The position numbers and the translations under genes are program-made. The notes under the pieces were generated by a model. It was not told where the DNA came from. It searched no databases and worked only from the letters and a program-made list of their open reading frames with translations. Positions 39,690-54,710 of a DNA stretch of 64,000 bases are shown one piece after another. The DNA comes from Octopus vulgaris (Eukaryota), in contig OX597826.1 in NCBI GenBank assembly GCA_951406725.2, positions 67,518,001 to 67,582,000 on the forward strand, written 5' to 3'. The first letter of the stretch is position 1, and every line of letters starts with the position of its first letter.

Positions 39690-40570
39690 AATATATATAT
39701 ACATATATATATATATATTTAAACGCATGAACACTCTTGTTTACGAAATAGACAAAATAGCATTCAATGCATGAATTAACGTTTATAATTTGCATCTTGG
39801 AGCTGAATGTTCTCAAATTACCACTGCTAGCATCAGATTTCCGCTCCTCAGGCAGTGGTGTAAACTGAACTGCGCAACAACTGTATAGAAGCGACCGACC
39901 AAAAGAGAAACAAAAAAAAAAAAAAAAAGAAATGGAAACATTTCAAAATGTTATATGGTATTTATCTGAATAAAAAATAGATAACAGCTTTTTGAAGATT
40001 CAAGAAAAGAGAAAAGAGAAAAGAGAAAACAAACAAAGAATGACTGGGAAAGAAAACACAGATGACATAATAAATGACAAAAATAATTAAAATAACAAAA
40101 TTAAACTTAGAATGGAAATTGAAAGTTAACGAATAAAAATGAAAATATTTAAAGAACGAAATGAAGGAAGCAGTAATGCTAAATACATCGTTTTGCTTCT
40201 AGGGATCATTATTAGAATTTGAGTTTTTAAAAAAAAGCTACCTACGCAAGGAATTATTCTGTGTTCAAACCGACTGCAGGGCACTTATAATTATGTTTCT
40301 TCTATTGTAGCATAGGATTGATCGAGGCTTTAGGAGTACAATTTCAGTAGACAAAAATCTGTTTCACAAAATGAACACAACACAGATATACATGCATTTG
40401 ACTATTGGTGTGTACATAATTATACATACATATATACGCAAGCACCCACACATCCATACATGTATATATATATTTGTAGATTATATATGTATATACTTAC
40501 AGGTATATACATATATATATATTTGCACACACACACTCATTTATATACATAGAAATATATATATATATAC

Positions 40571-40605
<35 letters not shown>

Positions 40606-40694
40606 CATATACATATTATCATAATTATTAGGGAAATTTACTTCCAAGAACTGAGGAAAAATCGATAGGGGTAGTGAAAAATGTTGAGGAATCC

Positions 40695-40794
40695 AAACCT
40701 GAAGATTGGGAGTATGTCGACCCGAGTAAGTATTGAAACTAGATACCACGTATCTAATCAATACCGACGTACTTTCATGAAACACGGGTAGTCT
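40695..40794 (+). ncRNA. Type I hammerhead ribozyme motif with extended stem II
   Basis: AAAC-CTGAAGA-T-TGGGAGTATGTCG...CGACGTACTTTCA-T-GAAAC-ACGG-GTA-GTCT; inner helices GTATTGA/TCAATAC and TAGATAC/GTATCTA; stem I has one mismatch. Confidence 0.75.
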
Positions 40795-40942
40795 TATAAA
40801 CGGAAAATACAGGATTCAGAATAGATATAGTTAGTATAAGATTTAATTTTTAATATTTCATGGAGTGTTCGGGTATAAAATCTATCACTGTTCATTGAGT
40901 TGATGGTGGTTCTGTCTCTAAAATTACTTTTTGCATATATAT

Positions 40943-41038
<96 letters not shown>

Positions 41039-41060
41039 GCAACATGTTATCAAATAGTAA

Positions 41061-41146
41061 TGCAATACGACCGTTTCAAGCGGCTCCATTTAATTGAACA
41101 ATGTAATCGTTACATCATTTTAAATGCAGAGCCATCTTCAGCTGCA
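41061..41146 (-). ncRNA. Type I hammerhead ribozyme motif with extended stem II
   Basis: TGCAG-CTGAAGA-TGGCTC..CATTTAA..AATGATGTAA/TTACATTGTT..TTAAATG-GAGCCG-CTT-GAAAC-GGTC-GTA-TTGCA; 3 extra nt before GAAA. Confidence 0.65.
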
Positions 41147-41612
41147 CAAATAGATAAACAAAATTTCAACAAGAGGGATTCCTTAGTATATAATTTTTAG
41201 TAAATATTTTAACAGAACCAGAAGATGGAAGAAATACGTGTTGTCGCTATTGTAGCTAAGAATAGTCTATTCACATTACTTCGTGCTGTGCGGATAATAC
41301 CGGACTGACCTGGTGCTTCATCTTGGTGCTAAAGTAAAAATTTTTGAGAGTACATATTCAATAGTTTTGACAGTGAATTCGATGTTCGGCCTGCTTAGCA
41401 TTCCATCGAATCGTCTCAAAAGTGCAACTTTAATATGTCCGTATAGAGACACACATATACATGCAAAGATACAAACCTCTAGGCTAAACATCCTGAATAC
41501 GATATATGTCCCTTTGTTAAGATAGTTTCGCGAATACAATGACGTAAATCGTTGAGACTATTGCCCCAGTATGACCTGCGGTCAGTGACACAAACCAGTG
41601 GAACAATATATA

Positions 41613-41684
<72 letters not shown>

Positions 41685-41769
41685 GTGTGTGTGTTGGTAT
41701 GATTGTATACATATATAGAAACATATACATATGTCTCTGTCTGTTTGTCTGTCTGCCTGTCTCTCTCTC

Positions 41770-41810
<41 letters not shown>

Positions 41811-41812
<2 letters not shown>

Positions 41813-42855
41813 CATGGTTTGATATGCCATAAACTACGTCATCTAGGCATAGCTGGAAAACTTCGAGAGTGGTTACATGACTTTCTGATAGGAAAGAAGT
41901 CAGGCAGTAGTGGCCAATGGAGCCACCTCAACGAAACCACAAATAGTGGGCAGTGTCTCACACGGCACTGTCTTGGGATCGCTGCTTTTCATAGTGGCCC
42001 TCTCAGATATACCCTCAACTGCCCGGAGAGCCACCCTTCCTAGCTACGCAGACAATACGAAAATCTCGCAGAAAATAGAGAAATCCAGTGATGTTGCACA
42101 CCTGCAGCAGGTGTTGGACTCAATTTACAGATGGCTAAGGATAATCATATGCAGCTTATAGCTGAAAAATTCTAGGCCTTGCGCTACCAGCGTCCAAAAC
42201 TGAATATAATACCTACAGTGTACATCGGACCACAAGGGATTACAATATCAGAGCCTAAATCAGTGCGGGAGCTGGGTATCGACATGAGTTATGATACTTC
42301 TTTCCATGTGCACATCACCAGGTTGGCGGCAAAGTGCGGACGACTGACTGGCTGGATCCTGAGAACGTTCAGAACCAGAGAAAAGGAAATCATGATGGTC
42401 CTCTGGAGGACATTTGTCCTCTGCCGCCTGGACCTCTGCTCCCAGCTATGGTCACCCAACAGTGTAAAATTAACAGCGGTCCTTGAAGCAATCCAAAGAA
42501 GATCGTCTCGTTGCAACAGCTCAGCTACTGGGAAAGGCTGAAAAAGCTAAGACTCTGCTCCATGGAGCGAAGGTGGGAGAGGTATGCAGTAATATATTTC
42601 TGGAAGATCCTGGAAGGAATTGTGCCAAATTTTGGCGTTGAAAGCTGCACCAATGCGAGAATGGGTCGACACCGCACAGTACCAAAGTTCCCAAAAATGC
42701 CACTGCGCTTCAGGACCGGTTACTGCAGCAGCCTGGATTTCAAGGGCCCACAGTTTTTTTTTAATATTCTCCCAACGAGCCTGAGGGACCTGCACGAATT
42801 ATATGTAGGTATTTCCGAATCAAAACTGGACCTCTTCCTGTCGAGAGTCCCAGAT
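41811..42855 (+). pseudogene. CR1-like LINE reverse transcriptase, 3' part
   Basis: HGLICHKL..WLHDFL, GSVSHGTVLGSLLF, YADNTK (YADD motif), RELG, LDLCSQLWSP, LSYWERLKKL. Frameshifts present. Confidence 0.92.
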
Positions 42856-42890
42856 ACATATACATATACATATACATACACATATGCATA

Positions 42891-42989
<99 letters not shown>

Positions 42990-43799
42990 GCTGCATTGTT
43001 TTGCATGTTGTTTCACATTCCTTTGCATTGTATCTGCATGTATGCTTATGGACTTGCATTGTTTTCTTAAACTCTCTCTTTCATTTTCTTTCTCTCTCTC
43101 TTTCACACTCTCATAAACCCAAATACAAACTCACAATCAAATAGATGTGCGTGCTCCCACAACTCAAATGTATGTATATATATATATATCATATACACAT
43201 ATCTATGGATATATTATACTGTATGTATGTATGTATGTATGTATGTATGTATGTAGATATATATATATGTGTGTGTGTGCGTGTGTGTATGGGCGTCTAT
43301 CTATGTATTTAATATTTATGTTTGTCCGATGTTACAAGAGTTTATTACTGTGCAATGTTTACGAGAGCAATCAGAGCAAATACAACGTATAAGACATAAC
43401 GTAAAACGGAATAACTGAAAATCAATCGTGCCGTACATATTAAAATATAAAAAATAATCGAAAACAATGAAATATGTTACCGAAATCATTTTTTCTCCGG
43501 ACATAATTATGTTTCCAGTAAACATACATAAATATATACATAGTCATGTCTGCTTGTTCAACAAGCCGCGAAACGGAAGTTGTTTAATATATACGTGCTT
43601 ATAAAGCTTTGTTGCGATTATACATCCTACATATTAAACCCCTAAAAATGATATTTGGTAAACAAAGCTGAAATATTGGAAATTTTGAAAACCATGTTTT
43701 ACCATTTAAAATCATTCAAACACATTTTTCTACCAACGTTAGATTATAAGATTTAAACAATAAGATTTGTGTAAATATATGTTTAAAAATAAATAAATA

Positions 43800-44049
43800 A
43801 ATACGCCCTTTTAAAGCCTAGTCAGGCTCATGGGCCCGGTTTCCCGGTTTTAATGGCGTATGTTTTCCCCAGCTGGATGGGACGTCAGTCCATTGCAGCG
43901 TTATTCATTTTTGCCAGGTGAGTGGACTGGAGTAACGTGAAATGAAGTGTTTTCCTCAAGAAACAACGCGTTACCCTGTCCAGGAATCGAAACCACAATC
44001 TTACGATCATGGTGCTGGCAGCCTAACCACTAAGCCACGCGCCTCCACA
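43800..44049 (-). mobile_element. SINE family D with alternative tail
   Basis: Head and core like the 25665 copy; the tail has ATGGACTGACGTCCCATCCAG. Confidence 0.8.
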
Positions 44050-44150
44050 AATATATATTTTATCGTTTTATATTTAAGAGATGAGGAATTATATACATTA
44101 TTTACATTATTTACAATTGAGGGATATTTGTCCTCATCTTGTTTGTTGTT

Positions 44151-44196
44151 AACACAAAGTTTCTGTTGATATACTCTCCAGCCTTCATCGGGTGTT
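44151..44196 (-). ncRNA. Decayed hammerhead ribozyme motif
   Basis: AACAC-CCGATGA-AGGCTG..CAACA-GAAAC-TTT-GTGTT; core and stem II mutated. Confidence 0.45.
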
Positions 44197-44251
44197 TTGG
44201 GGAAACAAATTCGAACTCGGTGAGATTTGAACTCAGAATGTATAGTGTTGT

Positions 44252-44614
44252 ATGGAGTGTGATGTAGCTACCCTCATTTATCCCCTCTTGCCGTGGGGTA
44301 GGTTCATCTTGGACTCTCAACAGGAAGATGTCCAACCTTGATTTAAAATCGTCTACATCTACTTTGTGTAGGTTCCTCAGGCTCTTTGAGAGAATATTAA
44401 AAAACTGTGGGCCCCTAAAACCCAGGCTATTGCAGTAACTGGTCCTGAAGCGCGATTGCATACCTGGGATATTTGGCACTATGCAGTGTCAACCCGTTCT
44501 GGCATTCGTGTATCTTTCAATGTCAAAATTTGGCACAATTCCTTCCAGGGAGAAGAGTCTTAGCTGTTTAGCCTTTCCCGGTAGCTGAGCTGTTGCAATG
44601 AGACGATTGCCTTG
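44252..44614 (-). pseudogene. CR1-like LINE 3' fragment, same family as 41811
   Basis: FRTSYCNSLGFRGPQFFNIL..KSRLDIFLLRVQDEP aligns with FRTGYCSSLDFKGPQFF..SKLDLFLSRVPD. Confidence 0.9.
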
Positions 44615-44699
44615 TTCTAAAAGTTGAGACCAATATATTTATAAACCTCTATTATTGTGCAGCCATATCAATATATTTATATAATGTTACAGAAGGAGT

Positions 44700-45150
44700 A
44701 TTATAAAATCCAGGAAATTGAAGGGGGAAGACTGTTACTAGATTAAAATTACCTCATAATTTTACAGGTATTTCATATAATTGACCTGGATACGACGAAA
44801 GGTAAAACTGACTTTGGTGAGATTTGAACTCAAAAAGAGCTGGAAGCAACACTGTAAAGCATTTTTTCCGATGCCCTTATTATTCTGCTTGACCACTGCA
44901 TTGCGAGAAGACATTGTACTTTTTCTTTAAGGCGGAGAGCTGGCAAAATTGTCAGTGCGCCGGGCAAAATGCTTAACGGAGTTGCATCAGTCTTTAGGTC
45001 CTAGGTTCAAATTCCGCACCGGTTGACTTTGCCTTTCATCATTTCACGATTGATAAAATAAGTACCAGTTGATTACCGAGGTCACTGTATTCGACTTAAC
45101 CCCCTCCTACAATAGTGCTGGCCTTGTGTCAAAATTCGAAGCTAATTTTA
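44700..45150. mobile_element. Head-to-head pair of decayed SINE family B copies
   Basis: Minus copy at about 44700-44890, plus copy at about 44928-45150. Confidence 0.7.
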
Positions 45151-45754
45151 TTATACTTATTTCTAATTTAAACATAAGGTCAGAAATTTCGTGATGAGGG
45201 GCATTTGATTTCATTGAAACTGAAATGATAAAAAAACCCAAAAATGATGACCTCAGCTGGATTTGAACACAGAACGTAGAGATCAAGAACAATAACATAT
45301 CAATATAGCATATGCTAATCATCATATGTCTATATCTATTGAACCCCGGTTTTATTTTTTCACAAAAAATACGACCGTATTGTATTTATCCGAGAAATAT
45401 GCGTCGTTATATAACTCATATTCTTTTTTAAACTTGATAGCCAGCGTTTGTAGATTTCTTTGGCATAAAGCTTTTTGCATACACACACACACACAGAAAA
45501 AAAAGACGGCTTGCGAAATTTATGGTATATCGGCTTCGCTTATGAAGTAACATGCCTTTCTGCTTTTTCTTTTTTCTTATTGTGTTCGTTACGAGACTTT
45601 ATAAAAGGGTATATTTAGAATAACTCCCATTTTGCAGCCGGTTGAAGAAAGCATCGAGTTTTATGCAGATATTTATGAATGTATGTCTATCAGGAACAAA
45701 TTTATATCCAAGAAAAACACTTATAAATTTATTTTGATCTGTGTACTACCATTG

Positions 45755-47557
<1,803 letters not shown>

Positions 47558-47562
<5 letters not shown>

Positions 47563-48425
47563 TGCGATAGGTAAATGGTCGCCATTTTATAGTTCTAATT
47601 TCACATATGCACATTGTTTATTTTTGAAGTTATCGACTACACAGTATAGTAGGGTCAGTTGGGCACCGTTTGCGAGAAGAACACCACCATGATGCAATTC
47701 ACTCTACTAGAAATTTGGAAAAAAACAGCCAGTACTGATTGGCATTTGCACCGTACGCTCCAACACGAACAGATGGTTAACAGACAGGACAGCCGTTGGC
47801 TTGCCAAGTCCTTGAGAGTGATAAAAATCAAGCATCCAGTCATCATGGTGTTTGGAGTGATCACTAGTGATGGTGACGTTATGCCTCCATTCGTCATCTC
47901 ACACGGCCTCAGGCCCAACACAAAGACCTACATCAAGAGGAGGCAGTACTGCCCTAGGTCAAGAGGATGACTGCTGAAAGACCCTGTATCTGGCAAAAGG
48001 ACTCTGCACCATCCTATTCAAGCTGGAGAAACCGGTCATGCCTGTCAGACAATTTTTGCGACCACATCACCCTTAATATCTGAACACCTAACTATCTAGA
48101 CTGCACATCCTTTGCTTATTACATGTGGGACGTAAGTGAGCGAGAGGCCAACAAAGCTCCTTGTAAACCAAAGATGAACTGAAGGCAACGATCATGGTAA
48201 CATTCTCCAACTTAAACAAGGAAACCGTCCAGAAGAATTGCAGGAGATTTTCGTAGTTGTCTGGAGGCCATAGTTGAAGCCAATGGCGATTTTATTGTAT
48301 TAATTTACTCTTTAGTATTTCAAGATATTTTTATGTAATTTTCTTAAATACGTCTGTTTAAATGAGGTGTTAGTATTATTTTCATTTTTGCGTAATGTAA
48401 ACGACAGTTTATTCACCGCACCCTG
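47558..48425 (+). mobile_element. Decayed, internally deleted maT (DD37D) Tc1/mariner transposon
   Basis: KHPVIMVFGVITSDGDVMPP, WQKDSAP followed by 37 residues to the third-D position (GCT, mutated), LEAIVEANGDF. Right end CACCGCACCCTG|TA; degenerate left TIR. Confidence 0.85.
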
Positions 48426-48501
48426 TATACATACATATATATATATATATATATGCATTTATACATATATATAAATATATATGTATATATATATACATAT
48501 G

Positions 48502-48551
<50 letters not shown>

Positions 48552-48587
48552 TATAAATGTATATATATATATATATATATATGTATA

Positions 48588-48619
<32 letters not shown>

Positions 48620-48620
48620 A

Positions 48621-48670
<50 letters not shown>

Positions 48671-49204
48671 TTACACGCACACACACACATAACACATACA
48701 TATGTATGTATATATATCGTCTACATGATTCTTTTCTCCTTTCCTTTTAAATGAACAAAACACTGTAATATATTAATAACAGCCATATTAATAACAAAAA
48801 CTCTTTTTAAAAAAATGGACGAAAATTGTAATAAAGCAGACAATCAGGAATAGAAAAAAACCACCGCGTCTACCAAGAGAATTATATGAAAACAGTAACC
48901 GGGAGTAATAATAATTGAGCATCCGGTAATTACATTTTCCCCCCTTTTATCTACCGAGACTATCTCGAACGACAGTTAGATACGCTAGCGCATATATATA
49001 AACATATGCACACACATATATATATAAACATGTACACATACATACAAACACACACCACGCATACAGGGAAATGTACGCACACATGCTAACATAGATATGC
49101 TCATGAAAAGAATGTACAAATATTAACATATATTAGGCATCAACACGCGTGTACATCGAGTCCAACATAATCACATCCTACAGCATTGATATATAAAAAT
49201 CAGG

Positions 49205-49293
<89 letters not shown>

Positions 49294-49295
49294 CA

Positions 49296-49640
49296 CAGGA
49301 GTGGTTGTGTGCTAAGTGGCTTGCTTACAAACCACGTGGTTCCGAGTTCAGTCCCACTGCTTGGCATCTTGGGCAAGTGTCTTCTACTATGACCTCGGGC
49401 CGACTAAAGCCTTGTGAGTGGATTTGGTAGACGGAAACTGAAAGAAGCCCGTCGTATATATGTATATGTATATATATATGTATGTGTGTGTATACGTTTG
49501 CGTGTCGCTTGACAACCGATGCTGGTGTGCCTACGTCCTCGTAACTTACAGGTTCGGCAAAAGAGACCGATAGAATAAGTACTATGTTTACAAAGAATAA
49601 GTCCTGGTCCACAGTGAAATGCCTGAAACAAGTAAAAGAG
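49296..49640 (+). mobile_element. SINE family C
   Basis: Head, microsatellite and a partly deleted tail. Confidence 0.88.
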
Positions 49641-49655
49641 TATATATATATATAT

Positions 49656-49706
<51 letters not shown>

Positions 49707-49709
49707 GAT

Positions 49710-50024
49710 GTAGAGGGACAATGGCCCAGTGGTTATGGCAGAGAATACGCGGTTTCGATTACCAGACCGAGCGCTATGACTGTTTATTGAGCGAAAACAC
49801 TTAAACTCCACGAGGCTCCGGTAGGATCTGGTGGCGAACTCTTTCACCTTTTCTTCCTGTTTCTGTTGTACGTCACACTTTGTCACGCTGAATCTCCCCG
49901 AGAACTACGTTAAGGCTACACGTCCCTGTGGAGTACTCAGCCACTTGCACGTTAATTTCACGAGCAGGCTGTTTCGTTGATTGGACCAATTGGGACCTTC
50001 GTTATCGTAACCGATAGAGTGCTG
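49710..50024 (+). mobile_element. SINE family A, tail type 2 (deleted)
   Basis: CAATGGCCCAGTGGTTA head; GAGAACTACGTTAAGG..CACGAGCAGGCTGTT tail as at 35617. Confidence 0.85.
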
Positions 50025-50036
50025 ATATATAATATA

Positions 50037-50382
50037 TTAGGTCATCCCATAAATAATGCGGTTTCTTCATTTGCTTGAATTAAAAGTCGGGGTAGGGGAT
50101 AAAATACCTGTATCAATGTGCTATAAAAGCAGGTAGTAATTTACCTTATATTTTCAAAGTTATAATAGACGTGACAAAAGTGCATATTGGGCATATTTTG
50201 TTTTATGAGATCAACGACCTTAACAAGAAAACGGAAAGAGCGAGATGTATATAAGGATCAACAGTCGTTCCAGAAATTCCTAGTCGGAAAGTACAGCTTA
50301 GAAGACGAACCTCGTTCTAGATGATCCGTCAAGCTCGACGAGGAGGTCTCGCAAACCCTAGCGGAAGGAAATCCCAGCGCAA

Positions 50383-50386
<4 letters not shown>
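50037..50386 (+). mobile_element. Mariner transposon 5' fragment
   Basis: TA|TTAGGTCATCCCATAAATAATGCGGTTT mariner-like TIR; HIGHILFYE and FQKF..SLEDEPRS..LDEE..NP N-terminal motifs. Confidence 0.8.
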
Positions 50387-50445
<59 letters not shown>

Positions 50446-50446
<1 letters not shown>

Positions 50447-50523
50447 TAGAAGTATCGCCCGGCGTTAAGCAAACAGACACACAGAAACACGCACAGACAA
50501 ACTGCCGTTTATATAGAGAGAGA
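50446..50523 (-). mobile_element. 78-bp deletion derivative of the 17202 Helitron
   Basis: Both termini of the 17202 element are fused; one hairpin arm is lost. Confidence 0.8.
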
Positions 50524-50694
50524 TATATATGTATATGTATTTTTATTAATATTTAGTAGGAGAAACAAAGTAACTCGAGGTTCCAGAATTTCGTTCCTTG
50601 GCAGAAACTATCGAACCTTGAGTCATTCTCTTATTTCTTCTGAATACTAATATATATATATACATACATATAAGCATATAAATGTATATATTCT

Positions 50695-51098
50695 CTTTTT
50701 CTCTCTTTTACTTGTTTCAGTCATTTGACTGCGGCCATGCTCGAACACCGCCTTCTAGCCGAGTAAATCGACCCCAGGACTTACTCTTTGTAAGCCTAGT
50801 ACTTATTCTATCAATCTCTTTTGCTAAACCGCTATGTTACGAGGACGTAAACACACCAGCATCGGTTGTCAAGCAGTGGTTGGGGGACAAACACAGACAC
50901 GCAAACATATACACACATACATATATATACATATATACGACGGGCTTCTTCCAGTTTCCGCGTACCAAATCCACTCACAAGGCTTTGCTCGGCCCGAGGC
51001 TATAGTAGAAGACACTTGCCCAACGTGCCACGCAGGGGGAATGAACCCGGAACCATGTGATTGGTAAGCAAGCTACTTACCACACAACCACTCCTGCG

Positions 51099-51100
<2 letters not shown>
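50695..51100 (-). mobile_element. SINE family C, full length
   Basis: Reverse complement of the 28808 copy. Confidence 0.92.
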
Positions 51101-51157
<57 letters not shown>

Positions 51158-51321
51158 TTATCTATCTATCTATCTATACATACATACATATATACCCTAA
51201 TTAAATTATTCTAAATGACTTGAAATACTCGTTCTGCTTTCATTTTGATTTTTCATATAATGCAATATAATATAATAAATCTCTGAGCGAGATATAAACA
51301 ATATCAGCACGACATCGTGTG

Positions 51322-51430
51322 GTATATTTGTCACCTAAATGTGGCTAACCCTCCAGCTGCCTATTAACACACTATCTGTGCCGTATCAGTCACCGTTCCC
51401 GGTTTAGCCACATTTAGGTGGCAAATATAC
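51322..51430. repeat. 27-bp inverted repeat module
   Basis: GTATATTTGTCACCTAAATGTGGCTAA / TTAGCCACATTTAGGTGGCAAATATAC (1 mismatch). Confidence 0.85.
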
Positions 51431-51458
51431 TTCGCAAAATAATATAACGCACATATAC

Positions 51459-51493
<35 letters not shown>

Positions 51494-51667
51494 CATGTAC
51501 ATATATATATATTATATATATGTGTGTATATATAAACAAAGGGCAACACATCTAGTTTTAAATATGTGAGCGAACCGCATATATTTGCATGTGCATGAAT
51601 GTGTGTGTGTATGTGTGTGTATTTTTATTTCTTAATAATATATATATATATATATGTACATATATAT

Positions 51668-51714
<47 letters not shown>

Positions 51715-51762
51715 TGATTGATTCTAGTTTCAGCTTATGAGCTGTGGCCATGCTGGGGCACC

Positions 51763-51814
<52 letters not shown>

Positions 51815-52290
51815 GCATATACACATAGACGTGGACATGTATTTACTTATATATATAAGTGTGTGCGAGTATGTGTGTGTGTGATCGGGTGGTGTGGTCG
51901 GTGTGGTTGGTGTATTCCCCTCTGGGAAAGCAAGATAGACAGCTCCTATGCTGGTTAATACTGCTATAAATATCAATTATTTAACATAATATAAAGGCAG
52001 ACGATTTCCAAGTCATTATTAAAATGCTAATACATTGTATAATTAAATGCACAAATTTAAATCCATAAACATTATGCACAATATATGCATACACACACAC
52101 TCACACACACACTGACAAACACACACACGTATATATTTCAGTATTACGATTTCAATTCTGATGAAAGTGTAACGTAGGTTGTTTTCTTTTAAATTTTATA
52201 CATCAATAGAATCATATACAGAGTTGTACATACAAGCATATGTACATATAAACATACATACATACAGCAAAGAATATATATATATATATA

Positions 52291-52863
52291 CGAGCAAAAC
52301 TCCCCCGTCCAATGGACGGTGCTGAGTTGTCAAACATTTAAACCAAATTTTCTCAAAACAACTTGTCCGACCGTACCATAGGCCTCCCCTTTGAGAAGCA
52401 AGGATTTAACCTACATTTGAGACACCTGCAAAAGAAGAAATAACGATACACTTTTTTCTATTCCAAAGAAAAGCGATTTTATTCACACAAATATGCAACC
52501 GAAGAGTTTAAAGTACCAGTAATGATCAGGTTATTGACTGGGAGAACACAAACATGGTTTAAACAGTAACCCTGGCAGGAAATAAACGTGCCTTTAAGCA
52601 GTACAAAAACAACAAATATTGCACATGCATTTTTCTCGCGTACGCGTAGTATCGATCGCGGACAGCTGATGTACTTGCGCGCACAAATGCACTTTCCCAC
52701 GGCTTTATCGATCGCATTCTCACCTTGAATCGATTTTTGGAATTTTTTCAAGACTTATATACGCCCAGATACCGTCCGTATCTACATATCAAATTTGAGC
52801 CCAATCGGATGGAGGATGCTCGAGATCCTAGAAGACACACAGACAGATAGAACTGATTATATG

Positions 52864-52865
<2 letters not shown>
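52291..52865 (-). mobile_element. Probable non-autonomous Helitron (different family)
   Basis: Hairpin CCGTCC-ATT-GGACGG about 10 nt before CTCG|T (CTAG variant) on the minus strand; CTGT-rich 5' region. Confidence 0.55.
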
Positions 52866-52896
<31 letters not shown>

Positions 52897-52899
<3 letters not shown>

Positions 52900-53413
52900 A
52901 TATATATAAAACTGTACTTGTGTGAGTGTCTGTCCCCTTCGATTTAGATTCCTAACTACTCCCACATTTTGCGGTGCAGTTTAACCAAATTCGGGTATCT
53001 TATAGTCGTGATTCATATCGAGCCCGTCTGAGTATTAGCGCGCGTCTACGATGAGTCTACGATTTTAAAAATAATTTAACATAATTTTTTATTCCATTTT
53101 AATGCATAATCTTTCGTGTGTCGATGGCGACGGAGTTGGCGTCCACGCTCAAACACCTGCACCTGTGTTTGCTTCTCCCCCTTCTTCCCTCCCTCGTGAA
53201 GCTGTGGGGAAGGGAGTGTAAGGAAATCAACGTCGTAAAGCGTTGTCAAGGAGACCAGCGTTCTTTTAGAACAACGACTTCATGGCTTGAAGACACCAAA
53301 ACAGAAATGGCTAAGAAAGCCCGAATTGGCATCTATAAGGGAAGTAACTCTCTAAAAATGCTTATATAGTTATTTCCCTTACAAACCCGAGCAACGCCGG
53401 GCGATACTGCTAG
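52897..53413 (+). mobile_element. Non-autonomous Helitron
   Basis: A|TC...CCCGAGCAACGCCGGGCGATACTGCTAG|T; the last ~70 bp are shared with the 17202 element. Confidence 0.82.
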
Positions 53414-53439
53414 TATATATATATATATATATGCATATA

Positions 53440-53823
53440 GAAGTAGCTCTGTGGTAAGTAACTTTCTTACCAACCACATAGTTCCGGGTTCAGTTCCACT
53501 GCATTGGCAACTTGGGCAAGTGTCTTCTACTAGAGCATCGGGCAGTCCAAAGCCTTGTAAGTAGATTGGGTAGACGGAAACTGAAAGAAGCTCATTGTAT
53601 ATATATATATATATATATAAGGCGGCGAGCTGGTAGAAACGTTAGCACGCCGGGCGAAATTCGTAGCCGTATTTCGTCTGTCGTTATGTTCGAGTATAGG
53701 TCGACTTTGCCTTTCATCCTTTCGGGTCGATAAATTAAGTACCAGTTACACTGGGGTCGATATATATAATCCCTTTGTCTGTCCTTGTTTGTCCCCTCTG
53801 TGTTTAGCCCTTGTGGGTAGTAA

Positions 53824-53909
<86 letters not shown>

Positions 53910-54175
53910 ATATTTCGGAATGGTCATATTGCCAGTTTAGCCAATAAACATATATATATATATGTGCGTGTGTGTGTGTTTGTTTGTGTCTGTGCTTGTT
54001 CCCTCACCATCCCTTGACAACCGATGTTGGTATGTTTAGGTCACCATAAATAAACTAGCGGTTCAGCAAAAGGACTAAGCTTACAAAGAATAAGTCCTGG
54101 TGACAAGTTGTTCCACCAAGAGCAGTGCTCCACCATGGCGGCAGTCAAATGCATGAAGCAAATAAAAAAAAATAG
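53440..54175 (+). mobile_element. SINE family C with SINE B (53619-53826) and an IR arm nested in its microsatellite
   Basis: C head 53440-53600, full B copy, C tail 53960-54175. Confidence 0.85.
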
Positions 54176-54239
54176 AATAAATGTATATACATACCTACAT
54201 ATATATGTAAAAATACACACACATATGTACATGTATATA

Positions 54240-54313
<74 letters not shown>

Positions 54314-54374
54314 GAGAGTGAGAGAGAGTGAGAGAGAGGGAGTGAGAGAAAATTACATAATTTATCTATGTACG

Positions 54375-54710
54375 CGTGGTTTTGTGACAAGAAGTGGCTT
54401 CCTAACTACACGGGTCCGGGTTCAATGCCACTACGTGATACCTTGGACAGGTCTCTTCTGCTATAGGCTCGGGCTCTATAGAAGCCTGCCGTACATATGT
54501 GCATGTGTGTGTGTGTGTGCTTGTGTCTGTTCCCAGCTACTGTTTGACAACCAATGTTGGTGTGTTTACGTCTCCGTATATTAGAGGTTCGGTAAAAGTA
54601 CCAGAGAAGTACCAGACTTAAGGATGTAAGTGCCTTGCTCGATTCATTCGACTAAAAATTCTCTATGAGCATGGCTGCAGTCTAAAGACTAACACAAATA
54701 AAATATAAAA
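54375..54710 (+). mobile_element. Decayed SINE family C
   Basis: Degenerate head, (TG)n tract and tail. Confidence 0.7.
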
